Shown piece by piece: positions 26,154-32,333 of a stretch of 32,333 nucleotides of DNA; the first letter of the stretch is position 1, and the number at the start of each line of letters is the position of its first letter. Both the position numbers and the translations under genes were made by a program. A model generated the notes under the pieces. The model was not told where the DNA came from. It ran no database searches and was given only the letters and a program-made list of their open reading frames with translations. Source of the stretch: a virus; UHGV virus genome UHGV-0045956; one strand, written 5' to 3'.

Positions 26154-28435
26154 GTCCACTCCATTACTGTTGAGAATCCCGGCCACTCATCAGCGACCGA
26201 ATACGTGAATTTTTTCCCGTCATAATTTACGGTTGCCCCACGCGCCAGCGCCTCAAGCTCCCATCGCTGCGGCCTGATACCATTCTGAGCAAGGTCAACG
26301 CGGATACGGGTAATTTGCATTCTTTCCGACCGGGTCAGTCTGGCCGATGGTGCAATTTCATGTGGTTTTAACGGGCTTCCGTTTCTTTGCTGACGGTTTG
26401 GCGTTCTCAGGTCGTGTTTTAATGCGCCCCTGAGCGCCCTCACGACCTCCGGGTCACTCCATTCGATAACACCGTCATTAACCAGATTAAGCACTGCTGC
26501 GGCGTGCTCAGAAGGTGTGGGAGCCGGTAACGAAGTATCACCACCGGTGAGTTTTCCACAGTTATTGACAGGACTCCGAGGCGCGGCGATGCCGCTTTTT
26601 AAAGTCAAAGGCTCAACGACCGGAACTTTCGGCACAATGCGCCAGTCCGTCGTTCTGGTGATATGAATATGACGCGCGCCGAGATGCGGCGCGTAAATGC
26701 CGACCACTCTCTCGACTTCTTCCTCGTACTCGTTAACTTCATCCGACGGGCTACGGGCGACTCTGACAGTCTGGCAATCGCGCGGAACATTTGCCCCACC
26801 CTGCGCACTGATATACAACGCAAAATCGCCACTGTCTGCGGCAGCGCGTGCAGCCTCGACGCGTTCGTCAAACTCATCAGCAATGCTGACGCCGCGAGGC
26901 AATTTGCGTAGTTCACGGTAAGCCCCCATTGTCGGCAGACCAACCGTTTTAAATTGCGGGATGCGCCACGTTGACGCCCATGCAGTAACAGCCGCGGCAG
27001 TATCTTTCAGAGGTCTGCCGGTATCGTTATCGAGCTGACCATCCAGTGCATAGCCGTCGATATTTTTTGAAATGTATTTCGCGATATACCCCGCAGCACC
27101 GCCCCGGTTAAGGTGTTTCGCCTGAAAACGGTTTCGCTCGGCTCCTCTTTCGTCGCCATCCTCTTTGAGCGCGTAGCGACGCATGGTTTCGATAATCTGG
27201 TTACGCTGACGTGGATTACAAAAAAGCATCATATGCCAGTGCGGCGTTCCGTCGTGGTGTGGCTCGACGACACGCAAACCGTAGACCTGTAAATCATTAT
27301 CCTTGAATGCCGTGCGCATCAGGCTCCAGATGCGGCAGAGATAACGCTGCGCATCCTTTGGATTAAATGCCTCATCGTTCCAGCCGTGATTTAGCTGGAC
27401 GGTTTTACTTTCGCCTTTTCCGACCTGACGTGTCGGGTGATACTTTGACGGCGCGGTCAGCGTGATAAACATCCCCACATCACCCTCTGCGGCGGCGTAA
27501 CGCTCAATACCGGCGATGGTGTTCATCAGCTCCATCCGGCGAATTTCTGGATTAGAAATACTGCCCATCACCTTACTGATAAGGTCGATGCGCTCGCCGG
27601 TTTCCCTGTTTTCAAGGTCACACGATTTAAGAAATTCCAGATTTGCCTGGCGGCGCGCACGCACATCACGAATGGCGTGTTTACTGGCATAAGGAGAACG
27701 GTCTTTATTGACCTCCCCGACAGCTATCAGTAACGCTTCATGCCAGCGCATACGCTGGCCTTTAAGCTGATGAGTCCACCACTCATCGTTAAACAGACGG
27801 GCAATGGCAGAATATGCCTGCCTCGTGGTCATCTGCCCTTTACGGTATTTTTTCCAGTAGAGAGGGGAAATATTGAAAGCACGTGCAGCGCCAGCAACAT
27901 GACCATAGAGGTGAGCCTGCGCCTCATCCGTAAACAGCGATTCTTTTTCGCCATGCGCATCCACCCAGGCATCGCTGAGTTCCTCATACATCATGAAAAG
28001 CTGCGATGAGATACGGGCAGCAAACTTTTTCAGCTCCTTGTCATTCATTCCCGGCAGGCGCGCATAGTGGTCACGCTCTGCCAGAAACAGCAACGACGCG
28101 TCGGTGTTCATTTCATGGCGCTGATTCACACGCTCAATGCGCGGCCATAAACGACGCTGAAAAGTGGATGTGAGGAAATAAAACCCGTGTACCGGGCTTT
28201 TATTGCGCCGGATGTAGTCATAGCGTGAAGTAAACAGCGAGCGCAAAAAGTAAGGCAGGCGGTTAATCGTGGATAAAACACCTTGCACCTGACGCATCTC
28301 GTCACGTGTAAGGGGTCTTTCGCGCCCGACGGCCTCGCGTGGCGCGTTCCATGCATAAGCACCGGTAAACGCCTTACCGGTGCCTGCAGCAAATGCTGAA
28401 GGAGGGACAAAACGCCCGGAGGCTTTAACGGCCAT
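26150..28435 (-). CDS. A: replication initiation endonuclease gpA
   Basis: Trimmed to ATG 28435 (MAVKASGRF…), 761 aa as in P2 A; contains the conserved …HHDGTPHWHMMLF… and …AGYIAKYISKNIDG… regions I associate with rolling-circle initiators. Confidence 0.88.
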   Translation of the reverse strand: MAVKASGRFVPPSAFAAGTGKAFTGAYAWNAPREAVGRERPLTRDEMRQVQGVLSTINRLPYFLRSLFTSRYDYIRRNKSPVHGFYFLTSTFQRRLWPRIERVNQRHEMNTDASLLFLAERDHYARLPGMNDKELKKFAARISSQLFMMYEELSDAWVDAHGEKESLFTDEAQAHLYGHVAGAARAFNISPLYWKKYRKGQMTTRQAYSAIARLFNDEWWTHQLKGQRMRWHEALLIAVGEVNKDRSPYASKHAIRDVRARRQANLEFLKSCDLENRETGERIDLISKVMGSISNPEIRRMELMNTIAGIERYAAAEGDVGMFITLTAPSKYHPTRQVGKGESKTVQLNHGWNDEAFNPKDAQRYLCRIWSLMRTAFKDNDLQVYGLRVVEPHHDGTPHWHMMLFCNPRQRNQIIETMRRYALKEDGDERGAERNRFQAKHLNRGGAAGYIAKYISKNIDGYALDGQLDNDTGRPLKDTAAAVTAWASTWRIPQFKTVGLPTMGAYRELRKLPRGVSIADEFDERVEAARAAADSGDFALYISAQGGANVPRDCQTVRVARSPSDEVNEYEEEVERVVGIYAPHLGARHIHITRTTDWRIVPKVPVVEPLTLKSGIAAPRSPVNNCGKLTGGDTSLPAPTPSEHAAAVLNLVNDGVIEWSDPEVVRALRGALKHDLRTPNRQQRNGSPLKPHEIAPSARLTRSERMQITRIRVDLAQNGIRPQRWELEALARGATVNYDGKKFTYSVADEWPGFSTVMEWT

Positions 28436-28700
28436 ATGAGCCAAAAGCCTCTGAACAACGCCTGCTGAGTTGCTCAACCTGCGCGTTTAAATCAGCAAAA
28501 GACTTTGCGCTTCCGGTCAGAATATCGTGATGCATCAGGCCGGAAACGAGCTGGCTTAATTTCGGATAATAACCAACCACCGCCAGCCATTCCTGACCGG
28601 CGTTTTTACCGCTTTCCGCTCTCTTTTTCTCGTGGAGAATAAACTGAAAGCTGTCACTGGTAACGACATAACGTTCGCCAATTTCAATACGAATACTCAT
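28425..28700 (-). CDS. hypothetical early protein (P2 orf83 position)
   Basis: 91-aa ORF immediately upstream of A. Confidence 0.5.
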   Translation of the reverse strand: MSIRIEIGERYVVTSDSFQFILHEKKRAESGKNAGQEWLAVVGYYPKLSQLVSGLMHHDILTGSAKSFADLNAQVEQLSRRCSEAFGSYGR

Positions 28701-28921
28701 GCCGTTCTCCGGTAATGTTTGTTTTTTGCTTCAAAGACTGACTGGCAGGAAACACAACGCGTGGCTGACGGATAAGCTGCACGACGGGCAGCAGGTATTG
28801 GCGCGTCACACTCTTCGCAAACCAGCGCAGAAGCACAGCAATGTTTTACCCTTTCCGCGTTAATCTGGCGCTCCAGTAATTCAGCCTGTTGTTCCTGAAT
28901 AAAATCTACGTTGTCCGGCAT
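28697..28921 (-). CDS. TraR/DksA-family C4 zinc-finger protein (P2 orf82 position)
   Basis: 74 aa with CxxC…CxxC (CEECDAPI…CVSCQ). Confidence 0.65.
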   Translation of the reverse strand: MPDNVDFIQEQQAELLERQINAERVKHCCASALVCEECDAPIPAARRAAYPSATRCVSCQSVFEAKNKHYRRTA

Positions 28922-29211
28922 TACCAGCTCCTTTTGTCGTTCAGTTTCTTAAATTCATCAGCGCAATAGCTGGCGATTTCTGTCGTTAATTTTGTCAGTT
29001 CATCCACGGATGAAATTTGCTTATGAAATACAGCGCGTTTAACAAGTAAATTGACCACATCAGACAGGAGATTTAATTTATCCGCATAAATGGCTATAGT
29101 TGATTCCACCATATCCCCAGTGTTTTTATCGCGTTTAATATCAGCTAGCGACAAATCACCATTTTTCATGACTGAAATCTTCAGCCAGTTATTAAGCAAT
29201 ATATTTTTCAT
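28921..29211 (-). CDS. hypothetical protein (AT-richer small ORF, possible moron)
   Basis: 96-aa ORF, stop/start coupled to neighbours; more AT-rich than surrounding early genes. Confidence 0.45.
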   Translation of the reverse strand: MKNILLNNWLKISVMKNGDLSLADIKRDKNTGDMVESTIAIYADKLNLLSDVVNLLVKRAVFHKQISSVDELTKLTTEIASYCADEFKKLNDKRSW

Positions 29212-29459
29212 TCGCCATATGCCCTCTCCGCAGAATCAATCATTTCCCGGCCATTATCGGTAATACAGAAACCTTCTCTTGATTTGGTCACAAGCCCCCA
29301 TTTCCCCATTGCTATAAATGCTTTTTCCACACGACTAGGACAGGAGCGGAAGACATCGCTTGAAGGATGTAGTGGAGTCTTGTCATCTAATTTTTTAAGT
29401 AATGAAAGTTGATAATCTGTTAAGCGTTTCCTGAACCATTTTGTATTTGTCATCTCCAA
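29208..29459 (-). CDS. hypothetical early protein
   Basis: 83-aa ORF in the early operon. Confidence 0.5.
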   Translation of the reverse strand: MEMTNTKWFRKRLTDYQLSLLKKLDDKTPLHPSSDVFRSCPSRVEKAFIAMGKWGLVTKSREGFCITDNGREMIDSAERAYGE

Positions 29460-29467
29460 CTTCCCTG

Positions 29468-29680
29468 TTATTTATTGAGTCCTAGATTATGGAATTTGGC
29501 AGACTCCTGACTGAGCAACTCGACTATCTCCACGCGGGATAACTCCGCCTTTGTGATGTGGCGAATCATGGCATCAAGATGAGACGAAAAGCGCGTTGCT
29601 GCATCGGCCTGTGCTTCGGTTCTGGCCTGTTGCAGCATTAATGCGTATTTACCGCACTGATTTTCAGAAACTGTATGCAT
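29468..29680 (-). CDS. hypothetical early protein
   Basis: 70-aa ORF in the early operon. Confidence 0.45.
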   Translation of the reverse strand: MHTVSENQCGKYALMLQQARTEAQADAATRFSSHLDAMIRHITKAELSRVEIVELLSQESAKFHNLGLNK

Positions 29681-29743
29681 GACTTTCTCCAGGCAAAAAG
29701 AAGCCCCGCACGATTAAGTGCGTTAAAAACTTTGGTTAATTAC

Positions 29744-30244
29744 TTAATGCAGATATTGCTCTGGTTTTACCGACGTCAGAATTGTCGGTGCATATTCAAA
29801 CAGACTGAATAATTCACGTAATGCACGGAATAAAGCATCACGCCAGTAACATGACTCTTCATTAATTCGCCAGTATGGCTGATTAAATTCTTTTTCTGTC
29901 AGTCGTGCGTGCATAAATAAAGTACGGCGCTGACTGACAGTTAAAAAGCTAATATATGCATACTCACTTGCACCGACCTGACGGCGTTTTGAGAATGCCC
30001 CACGCAATTCATCAATTGCACAAACCAGCCGTTCACGTTCGACGTCGTTCATTTCTTCAAAACGCATCGTTGCATGACGCTGTTTTAACTGTGCATGGAA
30101 GCAAACCGTTAGCCGTTCGCGCTCCATCATCTGATTATAATAATCACATGTCTCCTGCCAGCGAGGGACGGCAAGATGCTTACCAATTATCCGGCGCATA
30201 GTTGCTGGTTGTTTTTCAACGAGATTGAGCGTCATCACTGTCAT
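29744..30244 (-). CDS. B: replication protein gpB-like
   Basis: 166 aa from ATG 30244, at the P2 B position between cox and A. Confidence 0.55.
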   Translation of the reverse strand: MTVMTLNLVEKQPATMRRIIGKHLAVPRWQETCDYYNQMMERERLTVCFHAQLKQRHATMRFEEMNDVERERLVCAIDELRGAFSKRRQVGASEYAYISFLTVSQRRTLFMHARLTEKEFNQPYWRINEESCYWRDALFRALRELFSLFEYAPTILTSVKPEQYLH

Positions 30245-30438
30245 TTCCATACCCTCCGGCTTTTCAGAAAGGTCAGAGCCTTTTTTAACGGACTCTGTTT
30301 TTTGGTGCGGATAATGATTCCCTTACGCCCCTTACCGTGGGTAATGGTGAAGTCAATCGCCCTGGGGCTTTCGTTACGCAATAACTGAGCAATACAACGA
30401 GGCTCGTTCATCCTTTCCACCTTAAGCCGCACGGCCAT
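30241..30438 (-). CDS. hypothetical small protein (P2 orf78 position); start uncertain
   Basis: ORF 30241..30501 overlaps the cox 3' end; internal ATG 30438 reduces the overlap. Confidence 0.3.
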   Translation of the reverse strand: MAVRLKVERMNEPRCIAQLLRNESPRAIDFTITHGKGRKGIIIRTKKQSPLKKALTFLKSRRVWK

Positions 30439-30778
30439 GTCTTGATTTGCTGTAACTAATGCGATTTTTCCAGTCATGCCATTCTGTCGGAGCTTCATCA
30501 ACTAGTTGGGCTGCGTACTTGTCCCACTCACGGCGATTAATCCATAACTCAGCATGACCGCCCGGCTTTAATGGGTCCGTCATATAAAAGGCTGGTAACT
30601 TGCCTGCTTTCGCCATTTCAGCAACAGCACGAGGCGTCTTACCGATGTAAAGAGCAAATCCCTCTTTCGAGAGCAAATCCGACGGTGCGGCTGCAAGTTT
30701 GATGTCACATTTTTTACTTTTTGTGAGATCAGATACTTTTTCTCCAACATCGTTATTCATTTCTGATCCAATACTCAT
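30422..30778 (-). CDS. cox: Cox/Apl-like excisionase and immunity-switch regulator
   Basis: First gene of the early operon, divergent from C; ATG 30778 with GAGGA ribosome-binding site; small basic protein. Confidence 0.55.
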   Translation of the reverse strand: MSIGSEMNNDVGEKVSDLTKSKKCDIKLAAAPSDLLSKEGFALYIGKTPRAVAEMAKAGKLPAFYMTDPLKPGGHAELWINRREWDKYAAQLVDEAPTEWHDWKNRISYSKSRHGRAA

Positions 30779-30882
30779 TTTGATATCCTCAACTTTGGTG
30801 CCATTCAACCAGAGCTATTTGAAGCCGCTCTGAGTTGTTCTGGTGTGTCGCATACAACATAAATTACGAGATACGACAATTC
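30779..30882. promoter_or_regulatory. lysis/lysogeny switch region between divergent cox and C
   Basis: 104-bp intergenic region between the divergent cox and C start codons. Confidence 0.45.
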
Positions 30883-31194
30883 ATGTCAAATACACAAATC
30901 ACATCTCAAGCAGAGAAACTCGCACTTATTCGGGAGTCAGAAAGAATGACAAGGAAGCAAGTTGCTGAATTAACTGGAATTAACTACAACACCTATGCTG
31001 GATATGAGCAGGGAAAAGTAAAGATGTCTTTTGACGCAGGCATGAAATTTTTCAAGCCTGAAAGATTTCGCAAGTACCGTGACTGGTTCATGTTTGATGA
31101 AACTGATCCCGCTGGCGGACAAATAGCCCCGGCGCTCGCGCACATTGGGCAAGACTCAACAACCTTGCACCACTCAGACCAAAAGACTGGCTGA
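30883..31194 (+). CDS. C: immunity repressor C
   Basis: ATG 30883 (MSNTQITSQAEKLALIRESERMTRKQVAELTGINYNTYAGYEQGK… helix-turn-helix); C-terminus …GQIAPALAHIGQ…SDQKTG resembles P2 C as I recall it; upstream of int. Confidence 0.8.
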   Translation: MSNTQITSQAEKLALIRESERMTRKQVAELTGINYNTYAGYEQGKVKMSFDAGMKFFKPERFRKYRDWFMFDETDPAGGQIAPALAHIGQDSTTLHHSDQKTG

Positions 31195-31287
31195 CGATTT
31201 ATTCAGCATATGTATGCAGTAAATGTACGAAAGAAAATTGCATTAATTTTCAAGTAGTAGAAGTAAACAGCGTCATCGGAGGGCTTT

Positions 31288-32283
31288 ATGTCTATTAAAA
31301 AGCTCGATGATGGTCGTTATGAAGTGGACGTCAGACCGCAGGGTGCAGATGGAAAACGTATCAGGCGGAAATTTAAAACTAAAGGTGAAGCTCAAGCATT
31401 CGAACGTCATGTACTGGTTAACTACCACAACAAAGAGTGGCTGGAGAAGCCAGCCGACCGCCGAACTCTTACAGAGTTGTTAGGCAGATGGTGGATATAT
31501 CACGGAAAATCACATGAGCGTGGAGATATTGAACGGGGGCGTTTGACGACAATAATCGCCAAATTTGCAGAAATGGGAGTGTCCAGAGCTGACCAGCTAA
31601 CAAAGAAAACGATAACTGATTATCGCGTTGTAATGATGAACGATGGTCTAAAACCAGCCAGCGTAAATCGGCATCTGGCAATAATGAGCGGGATGTTCAC
31701 CAAGTTAATTGATGCCGGTGAATACCATTCTCACAACCCGTTCCGTGAGGTTAAGCGATTACGTGAAGCTGTTACAGAAATGGCTTTTTTGTCCAGTGAA
31801 GAGATTACACGGCTGTTATCCATGCTCGATGGTGATGAATTAAATGCGACTCTGGTCTGCCTTTCTACTGGTGGACGCTGGAGTGAAGTGTCTAATTTAA
31901 AAGCTGAACACATCATTAACCAGATGGTTACGTTTATGAAAACTAAAAACGGAAAGCGCAGGACAATTCCCGTTTCGCAGGACCTGATTAAACGGATCAA
32001 GACCAAAAATTCAGGCAGGCTTTTTAATGCCAGTTACTACAAAGTGCGCAACGCTCTCAGGGAAGTAAAACCCGATTTACCTGACGGACAGGCAGTGCAT
32101 GTTTTGAGGCATACATTTGCCACACATTTTATAATGAATGGAGGTAACATAATCACATTGCAGCGCATCCTGGGTCATTCTAACATTCAGCAAACTATGA
32201 CCTACGCACACTTTGCACCGGATTTCTTACAAGATGCAGTGACTCTTAACCCGGTGTCAGGAATGTCCATAATGCGTCCATAA
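31288..32283 (+). CDS. int: tyrosine integrase
   Basis: 331 aa; MSIKKLDDGRYEVDVRP… N-terminus and C-terminal HxLRHTFATH…Y catalytic motifs typical of P2-type integrases. Confidence 0.9.
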   Translation: MSIKKLDDGRYEVDVRPQGADGKRIRRKFKTKGEAQAFERHVLVNYHNKEWLEKPADRRTLTELLGRWWIYHGKSHERGDIERGRLTTIIAKFAEMGVSRADQLTKKTITDYRVVMMNDGLKPASVNRHLAIMSGMFTKLIDAGEYHSHNPFREVKRLREAVTEMAFLSSEEITRLLSMLDGDELNATLVCLSTGGRWSEVSNLKAEHIINQMVTFMKTKNGKRRTIPVSQDLIKRIKTKNSGRLFNASYYKVRNALREVKPDLPDGQAVHVLRHTFATHFIMNGGNIITLQRILGHSNIQQTMTYAHFAPDFLQDAVTLNPVSGMSIMRP

Positions 32284-32333
32284 ACCAGAGTTAACTAGAG
32301 CCAATTGAAGCGATATGAGTAATTTAACTAATT

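Larger units (their letters stand above)
1..32333. mobile_element. P2-like prophage (near-complete; ogr and att sites not in window)
   Basis: Gene order and product lengths follow the P2 map D-U-T-E-FII-FI / G-H-I-J-W-V-S-R-lys-K-Y-X-L-M-N-O / P-Q / cos / A...B-cox / C-int; terminal tyrosine integrase. Confidence 0.9.

Noticed and set aside
32284-32333. Attachment site or tRNA integration target downstream of int
   Set aside because: Only 50 bp remain after the int stop; no recognisable att core or tRNA fragment is visible in the window.

Overview
The window is almost entirely one P2-like (Peduovirus-type) temperate myovirus prophage, reverse-oriented relative to the canonical P2 map. The - strand carries the late operons D-U-T-E/E'-FII-FI, then G-H-I-J-W-V-S-R-lysCBA-K-Y-X-L-M-N-O; the + strand carries terminase P and portal Q. 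Past a cos site come replication gene A, small early ORFs, B, cox, then C repressor and integrase on the + strand. Many product lengths equal the P2 proteins exactly once obvious over-extended ORF starts are trimmed. No rRNA, tRNA or CRISPR was seen. Three AT-rich accessory loci sit in this GC-rich backbone and are the best candidates for an undescribed system: (1) a 368-aa + strand gene at the Z/fun position between FI and G; (2) a 333-aa membrane protein inserted between cos and Q; (3) a small lipoprotein plus a 305-aa membrane-anchored protein at the tin/old position between A and cos. None could be assigned to a known family by eye, so their defence or exclusion role is inference from position and composition. 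Three N-gaps interrupt the sequence; two are flanked by long homopolymers that look like assembly artefacts.
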